This document shows, piece after piece, positions 48,828 to 61,446 of a stretch of DNA of 64,000 bases; within the stretch, counting starts at the first letter, position 1, and every line of letters begins with the position of its first letter. The notes below the pieces were generated by a model. The model ran no database searches, was not told the origin of the DNA, and was given only the letters and a program-made list of their open reading frames with translations. The position numbers and the translations under genes were made by a program. The stretch is from Hamiltosporidium tvaerminnensis FI-OER-3-3 (taxonomy: Eukaryota; Fungi; Microsporidia), in NCBI GenBank assembly GCA_022605425.2, contig CM061247.1:992001-1056000 (forward strand), written 5' to 3'.

Positions 48828-51149
48828 TTAATATAGCAAAGCAAACCCTTTAAGCCTGCTACCAAATTCTTCTAAAAATTTATCCTTTAGAGGAATTTTA
48901 TATTCAACTACTATTTCTTTAACTTGATTAAACATTTTGACAAAATAAATTATATCGAATTTAAGCGTAAAACTTAGAATATACAATTTCCCTAAGGACT
49001 TGAGCTTGGAAAAAAATAAAAAATCGCACATATCAAATTGAATCTCTGGCAGCCTTATTTCTGTCAATGAATATATATTTTGCAAATTAAAAAGTTCTGA
49101 GAAAGCTAATCCTGAAATTTTGCAATTTTTAGAAAGTTTTAAACGAAGAAGATTCGTATTTTTTTCCAATGCAAGTTTGTCATTCACTCCAAGAATAACA
49201 CCATCTAAGTTCAAAAATTTAAGAGTACGAAAATTCACGCTATTAAATAATTTATAAAAAGTATCTTTCGGGCAGTTAAAATAGAAGTCAAAATATAAAA
49301 TATTTGAAAACATAGGAAAAAATGGTATACCTCGATCAGCATGATAAGTGTCCGACAATTCTAATCTCTTCAATTTACTTAAATTTACTATCGTTTCTAT
49401 AGATTTCAATAAAAATAGATTTGTATCGCCGAATAAACAAAAAATTTCCAATGTATTTAAAGTAACTATTTTACTTAAAAATCCTGCAAAAATTTCTGGG
49501 TCATCTACTAAAGAATTTCCAAAATGAAGTTTTTCAATTTTTGTATTTTCTTCGAATTTTATTTCATCTTTTGACTTAAAAATTGAACATTTAGAAAGAA
49601 ATAGAATCCTTAGCGCAGGAAATAATAAAATCTTGGACAAAAAAATATCATTTAGAGTTGAGCTAACAATCTTGATGCGAGTTATATTATTTAATATTTC
49701 TGTTTCACGTAAGCTAAAGTCTTTAAGACTTGTATCAGTAAAAATCATTTCAATATTATTGAATTCTTTAAAATTAATAAGGTAGAAAACGAAGGATATA
49801 TACTTGTTGACTAGTTTCATAAATACAAAAGTTAGAAAAGGAAATTCTAGTTTTTGAAATGTTACTATTTTTCTTTGATGATGCTTAAAATTTAAAGTAA
49901 GTTCCTTTTCTGTTTCGTAACAACAAACACCTGTTTTTCGAATGCAAATATTAGATTTATTATCATTATCATATATTTGATTTATAAATCTTGAAAAAAT
50001 AAATTGAACAGGTGAATCCGAATCCGCATTTGTAAAAGATGATGAATATCTATCTTTCAGAATGACATAATTCAATCTTCTAAAACAAAGGTTTTTCAAA
50101 AATGCAATTTCTTCTTCTATACTAAATTTTGAATGGACTATATTTAATGTCTCAATTTGTTTCTTACGTGAAACTTTACAGATTCTTTCTATTAATGAAT
50201 TAGTATTCGAACACCTAATAATATTTATTTCCTCACTACTTTTAAATAGAGACACATCAAAAATATTATCATATTCTTTTATATAAGATATTCTATATAA
50301 AAATATAGATTTAAAAGTGTGAAAACGAAAAACAATATCAATTATTTTAAGAAAATTCTTCAATTTTTTATGTAATTTTAAGATTTCACGTATAATATCA
50401 TCATCTATAAATAAAAAATCTTCTCTTAAATTTATAAAATATAGCATAAAATATTCATCAAATATCATTTCATGAAGATCTTCTCCGAATTTGTTTTGTG
50501 TTTTCTCAGAAACTCTATACATTTTAAATAATTCCTGTATAAATATATCAGTTATATATCTAGGAAAGCAAAATTCGGTTGAGTTTGGTGATGAAAGATT
50601 CCAATTTTTCGTTTCGATTTGATTAAAAACCATGGAAACCAATATTGACCGAATAAAATCTTTAAAAAATTTATTGTTTATATATTTAAAAATATTCATT
50701 ACTTTGCAAATTAAGAGATACTTACTTCCATCCATACTATCCATAAAACATGGTATACTCAATACTATGTTATAGAAGTATGCTAAATCATCAAATTTTA
50801 ATAGACTATTATTTATATATACGTTATACTGTTTGCCGTCTTCAATCGTTTCTTCATTCATAAACTTCAATAGAACATTGTCTATATCAAGTATAAATGT
50901 CTTTAGAATCCTTTTTTCTAAATCGGGACTACATGGTTTGTATTTTACTTCAAAGAAATCTAGACAAGCATCACAGTAAATATATTCGGTTGAATCCTTG
51001 CTTGCTAAAATATTTTCTATATCTTCATAAAAATGTATAGCGATTGTTCTCTTCGCCATTATACTATATATAGTTACTATAATAGAAAGTATCCTACAGT
51101 ACCAAAATAAATCAAGATTTTTTGCTTCTAAAAATGCACCAACTACCAT
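48828..51149 (-). CDS. Leucine-rich-repeat-like, probably secreted protein
   Basis: 773 aa with an N-terminal hydrophobic stretch ILSIIVTIYSIMA. Repeats LRILFLSKCSI, LKRLELSD and LKFLNLDGV. Confidence 0.82.
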   Translation of the reverse strand: MVVGAFLEAKNLDLFWYCRILSIIVTIYSIMAKRTIAIHFYEDIENILASKDSTEYIYCDACLDFFEVKYKPCSPDLEKRILKTFILDIDNVLLKFMNEETIEDGKQYNVYINNSLLKFDDLAYFYNIVLSIPCFMDSMDGSKYLLICKVMNIFKYINNKFFKDFIRSILVSMVFNQIETKNWNLSSPNSTEFCFPRYITDIFIQELFKMYRVSEKTQNKFGEDLHEMIFDEYFMLYFINLREDFLFIDDDIIREILKLHKKLKNFLKIIDIVFRFHTFKSIFLYRISYIKEYDNIFDVSLFKSSEEINIIRCSNTNSLIERICKVSRKKQIETLNIVHSKFSIEEEIAFLKNLCFRRLNYVILKDRYSSSFTNADSDSPVQFIFSRFINQIYDNDNKSNICIRKTGVCCYETEKELTLNFKHHQRKIVTFQKLEFPFLTFVFMKLVNKYISFVFYLINFKEFNNIEMIFTDTSLKDFSLRETEILNNITRIKIVSSTLNDIFLSKILLFPALRILFLSKCSIFKSKDEIKFEENTKIEKLHFGNSLVDDPEIFAGFLSKIVTLNTLEIFCLFGDTNLFLLKSIETIVNLSKLKRLELSDTYHADRGIPFFPMFSNILYFDFYFNCPKDTFYKLFNSVNFRTLKFLNLDGVILGVNDKLALEKNTNLLRLKLSKNCKISGLAFSELFNLQNIYSLTEIRLPEIQFDMCDFLFFSKLKSLGKLYILSFTLKFDIIYFVKMFNQVKEIVVEYKIPLKDKFLEEFGSRLKGFALLY

Positions 51150-51918
51150 ATTTTGAGGTATATTATCATTTTTTTGTTCAAATAGTACTATTATCGCAAA
51201 GCAAACAAATTTTTATCAAAAATTCTAAGAATGAATCCAGATTATCATATTATATTATAATCTATATTGGATGATAAAAAAAATATTTTTAAAAAAAAAT
51301 CAAATTTTCTCAAATTAAAAAAAACACTTTGTCTAATATTGTTAGAATTATAATAGAATAAGGATACATATGCCTTATCATGTCGTTATGAATTACTTTT
51401 TTTAGCACTATTATAAACTAAAATTATTCCTAATACTAAAATTAAAATATTTCTAAAAATAACTTAGTAAAATTTCGAATTATTTTAGTTTATACTATAT
51501 TTATAACGAATGAATTAAAATTGAACAAGGAAAATGTTAAAATCAAATTCAACAACTATTTATGCAAGATTTTGTTATAAAGTATTGGATATATTATATT
51601 CATTAACTTCATAGTCCCTTACTATGCTACTGTTCACGTTGAATAAAGGATGGGATTTATTTCATTGTGTACCACTGAATACAAGCTCTCGTTTCTTTTA
51701 TCTAATCGGTATTTTGTATCGAAAATACTTCTTTAACCATTGCTTTTTAAGTCAAATGCTTTAGTGTTCTAATCAAAATAGAAAGAGTAAACCTTTGAGT
51801 TAAATTAGGTTAAATCAATTTCATAATATTTTTGAATAATAAGCGAATTGTGTCAACGATGTGGACCATAATTTTATTGCTTTAAATCAAAATCTTATTA
51901 ACAAGCGAAAAATTGTTT

Positions 51919-52632
51919 AGGGAGGATAACTACATAAAAAACTTTCTGCCTGGCAATGAGTGTGTGAAACTGGGTTGAGGATAATTGTTTGAATTTTTGG
52001 TGGGAATAAAATCTCACTACATCTTCGGTTGTTCCATGGGAGTTGTTATGAGGAGTAGAAGTCTAAGAAATAAAGAAACTTTTTCTACAAATTTATTTGT
52101 AGTTTTTTATGTAACCAGATTGCAGACCGCAGCTGATGTAGGTAATCCCCATGCAAAAGCATGGAAAACTAGCCTTGCTCACTCGGTTAGAAGAGTTAAC
52201 GCCTAGTAGATAAAAAAATAAAAACCATCAAAAGCCGGGAGAGCTAAGGCAGGTTATAACTGTTGGTATGACATTGCACTGTCTAGGTGGACTCCATGTA
52301 AGTTTCTGAAATCATCTTAGCTAGAATTTTATTGGGTTCAGGATGTGTAGAGTAATTGGGAATGCTGCATAGTCTTGGGGGAGCTCAGAGAAGCTTCGGC
52401 CTTCGATCACACTCCATGCAACAGACATTAACGAACTCCGGGCAACTGCCTCGCTTAGTAATTGGGTTCAAAACACCTGGTAGATGAAAGGCTTTGAGAT
52501 ATAGGTATTGCAGGGGTTACTGATGGAGTGTTGGGGTAGCAGTCATTTATTTTAAACCTAGAACTATCTTAATGTCATGAAAACAAATATAACATTTGCC
52601 ACTATTTTAAAATGATGTGATAATTAAATAAA
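51919..52632 (+). mobile_element. Long SINE-like retroposon, copy 2
   Basis: Colinear with 20388-21114 over its whole length, lacking about the first 4 nt. TSD unclear. Confidence 0.9.
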
Positions 52633-53925
52633 GTTTTAGAAACTAAAGCCAAAAAAACTATGTTCTCAGCTATTGATTTACTTAAAGATGAGATAAAAAA
52701 TGTTCAAGTTAAGATTTTCTTATTTCTTACTTAAAATCAATATAGAGTTGCCTACTGCATATGTTTCTCGTAAGAAATACTAAAAAAAGAATCTAAAACT
52801 AACATAGATTTTTAAAATGTCTAGAAAGTAAATTTATATCTCAAATTTAATACGCGTAAGATTTAAAAAGAAATAATGCTTTTAATTGCTTGGAGTTATA
52901 ATAATCAAGTATTAAGAAACTTTATATTTCAAAAGATAATTTATTCAGATTTTTTATATAGCTCAAGAAACTGTATTTACTTTGATTGAAAAATTTACTG
53001 AAACAAAAATGAATGATTTGAAAGAAGAAAGTAAAAATCATTTTTAAAAAACATTCTTGTCATCTTCAAAGATTATTTACATATATTATTTAGCTTATTT
53101 TATACTTAAATAATTGTAAACATAATGGTATCTAATATACTTTGTTTTGTTTCGATATTCAAATATATTAACAGTAAATACAAATATAGAATTATTTGAG
53201 TTTAAAAATCAAAATAAGAAATCTAAATACAATTTTCTATTTTCTAAATATAATTTGTTAGTCAAGGTTGTTAAAAAAAATAAAACTTAAATTCTAATTT
53301 TAAGTTATCAGATAAAAATATTTGGAAAAAGTATGTTGTTCTGTGAGTTTTGATATAGAAAAATCCATGAAGATAAAAAAAAGAAATAAGATTGTAATAA
53401 TTCTTTCACGACTATCGCAAGGTATATATTCTCTTATATAATAAGATGTATTGATTTAAAGTATAAGTGACACATATAATTTGTAGCAATCAGTATATAA
53501 TTCTATAAAAATAGAATTTCATTTTAAATTTAATGAATTATTTGAAAGTATTTGAAGAGAAAAAAATTATTAAAAATAAATTAAAGTAAATTGTTATTTA
53601 TTGTGTTTTGTAAGAATTATTGGCTTATATTTTACCTTACCTTATTGGTATTGAACAAATACATACAAAATAAATTTATTTCATTCATATTTTTTAATGA
53701 CTAAGTAAAACAATACAAGCATCACTATTTTTTTTATAGGTAAAAAATCTGCATCACTACCAGAATCCTTAGTTCTGACATAAAATACAAATACTTAAAA
53801 ATCAATATAAACCGTATAAGACCTAAAACAGTGTAGCTTTAATTTTATATTTACTATATATGACGAATATAAATTTTTTACCCGATTAATTCATTGATTA
53901 ATTCTATACCTATTATATTTGGAAT

Positions 53926-54149
53926 GGGGAGAGGATAACCCTATTAAAACTATCTGGATGGCAATCATTGCTCGAAATTGTTCTGACAACAATTGTTGAC
54001 ACTTTGTGAAATATTAACAAAATTGGATCTATAGGCGATCCCGTATTATTCCGAATTATAATAGATCAAAAGAATCAAATGGAAAACCTTCATTTGTTAA
54101 TCCTCGACACTAAAAGTAACAAGAGGAATGGAATAAATTAGTAAATAAA
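53926..54149 (+). mobile_element. Short SINE-like retroposon, copy B
   Basis: Head GGGGAGAGGATAACCC, 3' end CAAATGG...TTCATTTG...TCGACAC...AAGAGGAATGGAATAA. Possible TSD ATTTGGAAT (53917-25) vs ATTAGGAAT (54150-58). Confidence 0.8.
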
Positions 54150-56383
54150 ATTAGGAATTTGTAGTTCAATAACATATTTTTACAATAAATTAATTTTAAT
54201 CTGAAAATATAAATTTTATCAATAGAGAAATTTTAGAAAGACGATGAGCATATTAAGTATCAAAAAGTATAATAATGAGCTAATATATCAATCTAGATAT
54301 TCATTTATAAATGTTTGCATACCTTAACCAATGTATATACATAGTATTAAAGATATAGCTTCACATTTTTTAAGAATTTTACAAACAATAATCTTTTTTA
54401 GAATCAAAGATATGCCAATAAAATTTAGAATTAACGTTGCTAAATCTCAATATAAATATATAATATATATTTAATATAGACTATTTGAAAAAAGCCGTAT
54501 AAATATAAAATATAAAAAGTTTAAACCCGAATCATCAGCTGTTTGGAACAACTAATGTCCTAAGTATAATAAATTTACTTATTTTAAACTGCACTTCTTT
54601 GAATCAAATTACTTCCGCCTCGCAGCAGCATTGAAATCTTAGTTAATTTATATATTTTCGAAGTAATTCTGATATTTTACGATTTTTGAATGAATTAATC
54701 AGAATCTGTATCAAACGGTTTTCTTATATTTTAGAACAGAATATGTTCTGATTTTATTTGAAAAACAAGTTATATCTGTACATTCGGAATATGCAACCTT
54801 TTAAATCTTTTGACCCTAATTTCAGATAGAATAATACAATATTTAGCGATTATAAATATATTTCTAACAGTATAAACTTTATAACTAATTATAAAGTATT
54901 CTTGTATCGAGATTCTTAGATTAAAAACATTTAGTAACTAAGAAAATTTTATACTTAGAAGATATTTATCATTTTTATTTCCAAAACATTTAAATCAAAG
55001 TTAAAAGAGAAAAATTTTGTTGTATAAACAAATATAAATATAAAACTAGTAATATGATATATTGATCGATAATTTGATTTATATGTCCAATTAATCCTTA
55101 AATTGTTAAAAAAATGTCAAAATACGATTTGAATTTACACCGTGGTAGACTTAAGGACCAGGCTTGTGAAAAAAAATGTTTATAAGATTCTAAAAATGCT
55201 CATAAAACTAATGGATATATATTTAGTTATTTTGTAGGATGGTTTTTTGGTAATATTCTTATATCTCAAGAATATTGGAATTAAAGGTATCTTCAAGCAA
55301 AATAAATCATTTCCTATAATATAAGTCAAAAGTATTTCCAAAGAATAATTTTTATCGAAAACCATAATGAAAGAGGTTTTATGTGAGAACTAATTCTATC
55401 TAAAAATTATAAATACATGTTCTATTTGGTTACTTTTAACAAAAAATTCTATTATGAATAATTTGACTTAGATTCATTTCCTTTGGTATATTTCATAGTT
55501 CCAAAACAAGAAAACTTTAGGAAATACAACTTACTTGCAAATAAAGCAAGTCTTGGGTATATATTTAGTGTCGCAATAATTCTTTATGTGTTTTCTAAAT
55601 ATAGTTTTGTTACAAATATCCTACAATATATCCCAAAAGACTCAAAATATCAATGAAAATCGAGGCATAACTTTGAAATGATATTCTCAACATATCAACT
55701 ATATTTATTTTTATCTATTTGCTAGGCTTTGCTTAGTATAAATGAAGATATGATTTTTTAAAAAACACAATAAAACTATCATTTAAATAGGCGAAAGACA
55801 AACGCAATTTTATTTCCCTACTTATAAAGATTAATTAGTGTGTTTATTCTTACAGCAGATAATTTGAATTTTAATATTATATCATCTAATACAAAGACCA
55901 ATATCAAAAAATTTATTCAAAATAATTGTATAATATTGAATTAAAATTTATAGTAGTGATAAAAATATGAAAGAAAGAATGTATGTACATAAAAATCACA
56001 GAAATGAAAAAAACAACTAAACGAAATATATTATTAGGGGAATTAGATATATGTGATATTTATATATGAAATTAGAAATTAAATCAAAAACAATATAAAG
56101 TTCAAAAAAACGTTTCATTCTTTATAACTTAAGGGAGATGTATAAGAACCCGATTTTTAGTTGATTTTGAATTTATTTATAAAATTTGATGTCTTTCACA
56201 TAAAGCGAAGTCGGTTTTAAGCGTCATAAAATAATATTTAATTTTCAAATATTTTATTTGTACAGTTGTACTCTCAATGAAATTTATATAAAATTTGTAA
56301 TTTTTGTAATTCTTTATACCCATTAAGATGTAGAAATATAAAATTTACGATAAAATTTTGTAATTACCCCTTCTTCTTAGAAA

Positions 56384-58582
56384 ATGAATCCACAGCCACC
56401 GCTTCCCAACATGCATTTTAAAGATTTTCCACCACCGGTTGTAACAATTTTTGGACCTCCGAAATCTGGTAAAACCACACTTTTTAATTCACTTTTAAAA
56501 AGATATTCGATAAAAACCGCCAATTCGCCCGTGACTTTTACAACTTCAAATTCGAGATTTACTTTCTTAGAATGTCCTTCTGATATAAAATCATATATTG
56601 ATTATTCTAAAATAAGTGATTTGTGTCTTTTGGTAATAAACATTACATCTTTAGAAACCGATACGTTTGAAATTCTTTCACTTCTCAAAATTCATGGATT
56701 TCCTAAAATATATATAATATTTACGCACGGTGACCAGCTTTCTTCTTCTAATCAGAGAAAACAAGAAAAGAAAATTAAAAAGCGACTCTATCAAGAAATA
56801 ACGCCCGGTATAAAAACTTTCCCGATGAAACATAATGTTCATAAATCGATTTCCAAATACACAAATCTTAGCAAATTGGTTCTTTCGTTATCTAGTTTCA
56901 AGCCGCGACCGCTCGCTTTTAAATCTGAACATCCTTTCATTATTGTTGACCAGTGTGTTTCTTCCAATACATTTTATGGATATTTGCACGGCACGATGCT
57001 TACACATTCATATGCACATATTCCTGGTTTTGGAAATCTAGAAATTGAAAATGTAGAGGTAATGGAGGATCCATGTCCTTTGAACAGAAGTAAAATGGGA
57101 AAGAATAAAAGATATGTTCATCCATCTCCAGTAGAATCCGTTTCAGAAGAAAAAGAAGAGAATATAGTTGTAGAAATTCCCAAAACAGAAAACGAAACAA
57201 TAAATTTGTTTGGAAATATGGAGATAGAAATTCCTAATAATTCCGAAGACGATTCTTCATCTGAATTACCAGAAGATTCATCAGAAGTAAATGCAAATGA
57301 AGAAGAAGAATCTCTACAAGATTCTTCAACCACAAGTGAAGATATTTCTTTAAGATTTAAAAAGAATAATTTAGAAGAAGAATCTATTTCATCTGAAGAA
57401 GTAGAAAATCCAAAATACGATGATTTATTTGGAAAAGAAAAAGCAAAATCTGATCTCCAACACGAAAAAAATATTTCAAAATTTTCTTCTCTTAAAAGTG
57501 TCGTACCAGGAAATTATATTAAAATTTCTTTTTCTAATTCAATCAACGAAATTCCAATTTTTATTGGTTTCTACAATTTGAATTCCAAAACACTAGTGAT
57601 GGGTAAAATCAAACTTAATAGACATCATAAAATATTAAAAAGTATGAAACCACTTCTCATCTCGGTTGGATGGGAACGTACAATAATTAAACCGTATTTT
57701 AGTATGTCAGAAGAAAAAAGAAATCGATATATAAAATACACACCGAAGGGTATATTTTGTAGTTTGAATTACAAAGGCTACAGTGTGACACCTGGTAGTG
57801 GAATTTGTTTGATTGCAGATGAAAATAAAAAAGATTTTAGAATTTCTGCTTCTGGAATTGTAACTGATATTGGAAATAACAATACGTTGGTTAAAAAGTT
57901 AAAATTAATTGGTTATCCTCATAAAATTCATAATAATACTGTTTTTATGAAAGGAATGTTTAACAGTGGTAAAGAAGTGTGTAAATTTATAAATGGAATC
58001 ATTAAAACGGTTAGTGGGATAAGAGGTCAAATAAAGAAAAATGTAGGTGATGAGGGGCTATGTAGATGCACATTTGAAGGACAGTTGGTAATGAGTGATA
58101 TTATTTTTATGAGATGTTATATTCCAGTAACTATTGATGAAGAATTTATCAATGAAAATGATAAAATATATGAAAAAAATAATTTTGAAACGGAAAAAAA
58201 TAAATTAGGAAATTTAGACGAGAATGAAGATTATATGGGCGAAGATATCGATGTAAAAGTGGGGAGGTATAGAAATGAAGATTGTAAAAATTTTCGAGGT
58301 AAGAAAATACCCAAATCTCTAGAATCTAAATTACCGTTGAATAAACGAAACATTAAAGTATGGGACGGTAATTTTGAACTACCAAAATTTCTTGATGATG
58401 ATTTTGTTGAGAAGGAGCGAGAAAGGCAAATGATTTTGGAGAATAAAAAGAAAATTTTAGAAGAAAAAATAAAAATTAAACAAGATAAACGAACAGAAGA
58501 GTTGAAAAGGGTGGCATTAAAAAAGAAAATAGTAACAAATATTCTAGAAAGAACGAAAAAAAGAAAAAGGAGAATGAAATAA
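56384..58582 (+). CDS. BMS1: Ribosome biogenesis GTPase BMS1
   Basis: PPPVV..FGPPKSGKTTL P-loop, RFTFLECP, HGFP, acidic linker, and C-terminal KKLKLIGYP.KI and IKTVSGIRGQIKK. Confidence 0.95.
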   Translation: MNPQPPLPNMHFKDFPPPVVTIFGPPKSGKTTLFNSLLKRYSIKTANSPVTFTTSNSRFTFLECPSDIKSYIDYSKISDLCLLVINITSLETDTFEILSLLKIHGFPKIYIIFTHGDQLSSSNQRKQEKKIKKRLYQEITPGIKTFPMKHNVHKSISKYTNLSKLVLSLSSFKPRPLAFKSEHPFIIVDQCVSSNTFYGYLHGTMLTHSYAHIPGFGNLEIENVEVMEDPCPLNRSKMGKNKRYVHPSPVESVSEEKEENIVVEIPKTENETINLFGNMEIEIPNNSEDDSSSELPEDSSEVNANEEEESLQDSSTTSEDISLRFKKNNLEEESISSEEVENPKYDDLFGKEKAKSDLQHEKNISKFSSLKSVVPGNYIKISFSNSINEIPIFIGFYNLNSKTLVMGKIKLNRHHKILKSMKPLLISVGWERTIIKPYFSMSEEKRNRYIKYTPKGIFCSLNYKGYSVTPGSGICLIADENKKDFRISASGIVTDIGNNNTLVKKLKLIGYPHKIHNNTVFMKGMFNSGKEVCKFINGIIKTVSGIRGQIKKNVGDEGLCRCTFEGQLVMSDIIFMRCYIPVTIDEEFINENDKIYEKNNFETEKNKLGNLDENEDYMGEDIDVKVGRYRNEDCKNFRGKKIPKSLESKLPLNKRNIKVWDGNFELPKFLDDDFVEKERERQMILENKKKILEEKIKIKQDKRTEELKRVALKKKIVTNILERTKKRKRRMK

Positions 58583-59599
58583 ATTTTAAGAATGGAAAAA
58601 GTAAAATATTTAAACATTTTGAATAAACGAATGACATTTTTTGATTCATTAAGTCGGTTTATTATATTTAGATTATTTTTGATTTTCTTGCTTCTTAATT
58701 TTTTATATTGTTTTTTATTTTTTTGTGAAATAATATCTTTGTTGTTTGGCTTAACTTGAGTTCAAATGGGATTCCGGAATGTCATTTTACATATTTCTAT
58801 GTGTTTTCTAATGAAATACTTGTGTATAATAAAAGAAACTTATTTTTGGTTCAATACTTTGATTTTTGAAAGCTTATTCAAGTAAAAAATTTCATAATTT
58901 TGGCAATTTTCGGTTGAAATATTTTTTTGTATCGTATTTGATTGGGTTCAAGAAACTAAAAAATTGTATTTTAGAATTTTTAAAGACTTCTTCTAGGTTA
59001 ATTATTCGCAATTTTTGCACTTAGACTTAGTAGTACTCTACGCATTGTACTAATAAAAAAAATAATTGATATCCATGTTTAAAATCCATAGAATTCTACA
59101 TGTTTTTTATAAATAAATACAATTTTTGATTCGAAAATTATATTAGCAATACAACCACCATATCTGCTCTATGATATATAACTATTGGAGTACTAGCTCT
59201 ATACACAAGACATAATATATTTATTATTATGTAGCATTTTTTAGTTTGAAAAAAGTTAAGGCAAAAATCTTTCAGTGAAATTCTAGACAATCCAGTGTTA
59301 TGCATTTTAATTTCTTCTTTAGAATCAATATTATTTAGTTTGATTGTCAAAAATGCTTTTCCTGTGTTTTAAATATTTTCTTTTATTAGCCAAACCAGTT
59401 GCTTTATATTTCAGAATCAGACTTAAATTTACATTAATTTTAGTTCCTCTAAATAGTTATCTATTTGAAGCAAAGGTAAAATATTTTTCAGAATTCTTGG
59501 TCATTATAAGTTTCCTCGTCAGCACATGTTCTAAATGTAATTTTGGTTGTCTACTCTTCCCGGATCCTTTAAACACCCATTTATGCCCTATACCTACTC

Positions 59600-60900
59600 T
59601 ATTAGATTATTATTCATGACTCTATTCCTTTTCATAGATCAAAAAAATCATACCAAATGGCTATTCTTGGCACTTCTGAGCGAATATATGCCTCTATATT
59701 TATGGGTATTCGTAGTTTTTTAACATACATCTTATAGTATTTTGTCGCAATGCTGTGCTAAGTTGGAGGAAAGAGAATATTTCAAAACTACACATGTAAA
59801 AAGGCGGAATCATCATGCTATTACCTCATATTTCAATATTTTTTGTTTCATCGATTTGAAGTGAATAGTAAAAGGAAGTTTCCACTTCAATCGACTGTAT
59901 CTTATATTTAATGTATCTGAAATATATATCCTTATTATTCCGAGACTTAAATCAGCTTTTACTCTGGTTTTATTCTTATTTCCGTATACCCATCATCAAA
60001 AATTTCTAAGTTTGATAACCCCTAATTCGTTTGTAAATTAAATTGTAGCTATTTAGTAAACATATTGTGGCCATTTTACACTTCATTGTGTCCTCTATAT
60101 AGTAACATCTAAGTATTTTATCACATAAAATTAGAAAATCTTTTTAGTTTTTTCAAATTAATTGACATATTGAGAATTATCTTCTGATCTCACAATAAAC
60201 TTCAATTGTAGATATAACAGTGTACCAACTTAACCTTTGCCCTAATATTCCATTTCTTTAGTCATTTTGAAGAATCAAAAACACTCTAAAGCCTAGATTT
60301 TCTTGCATTATATAAATTTTAATGGGGCTTGCAGTTTTATATTTGGTTATATAATTTTGATATAGTTTACTTCCAACAAAATTCTTCCTAGCGACTTCTC
60401 ATCACACATATTTTACTTTTAAGAAACCCTTTATTGGTGAAAAATGGGTTTTATTAGTATTCTCTATCTACAAATTGCTGCTCTTCTGATTTTTACACTT
60501 TAAGATTTTCCCCAAAAAAATTTAAGAGTTGCATCAACATATGTTCGCTCAGCAAATCAACACTATTTTAGCTTCTTCAAAGTTCTGCTCTAAAGTACAG
60601 AAAAGCCTTTTACTTCCTACCGCTACCTAGTTAGAATTTTTTTCTAATTATATGACCGTCAGAGGTTTTACTATGCCTAATTTACGTTTCAGCATATAGA
60701 TTCTCATAAATACGAATTTTTTTATAAACTCAAATTTATTTTTTATACACGAAGATGACATATTTACAAACCTTTCTTCATTATGGCGTGATATTCGCCA
60801 TATCAAAATATTTATTTACATATAATTCTCAATTTCTTCTGATCTTCTGACAGTCATAGTGATAAGTTTCCCTAATATTTTTAAGATATTCTCTTATCTT
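59600..60900 (-). mobile_element. Decayed RLE-retrotransposon relic
   Basis: Minus-strand GCGAACATATGTTGATGCAAC matches ~3413. CACAATGAAGTG corresponds to HNEV. TAGAGGCATATATTC matches ~4285. Confidence 0.8.
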
Positions 60901-61446
60901 AGATATACAAAAAAATAAAATCCTTTATTCCTTAACTTTCCATATATTTTATCAAATTCTTCTGTTTCTTAAATAACAAAAATAATGCAATGAAGCATTA
61001 AACACAATCGAATTTTATTGTTTCTATTACATGAAAAAACTCTTTATATTTATTTTTTATTTGCTTCAAAATTTTTATCTTATATAATTTCTAATTTGAC
61101 AAAAATCTTTATCGAAGCAAGAGTTATTCATATTCTTATAATTTAGATTGAGGGTTTTTTAATGAATATATTCCTCATTTAATGAAAGATTGAAAATATC
61201 TCTAGTGTAGAAGCAGTGAAAATATCTCTTAAGGGTTCTACTGCACCTATATAAGCTACTTAAACATCTTTCAATAAGATGTGCATATTTTTCATACCCG
61301 TACTACCAAGGTAGAGTTTGAAAAAAGAAAACTTTAAAAATATCAGGGCTATTTAAATTCCAAAATTAAATAAATGACATAAAAAAGCAGTAATATAGGA
61401 TAGGAGAAGTAATAAATTTAAAGCCAAAAATTATAATAAATATTAT

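Noticed and set aside
3245-58617. Numerous 60-130 aa ORFs antisense to or overlapping real genes
   Set aside because: These are shadow ORFs of AT-rich coding sequence, mostly with non-ATG starts and no motifs.
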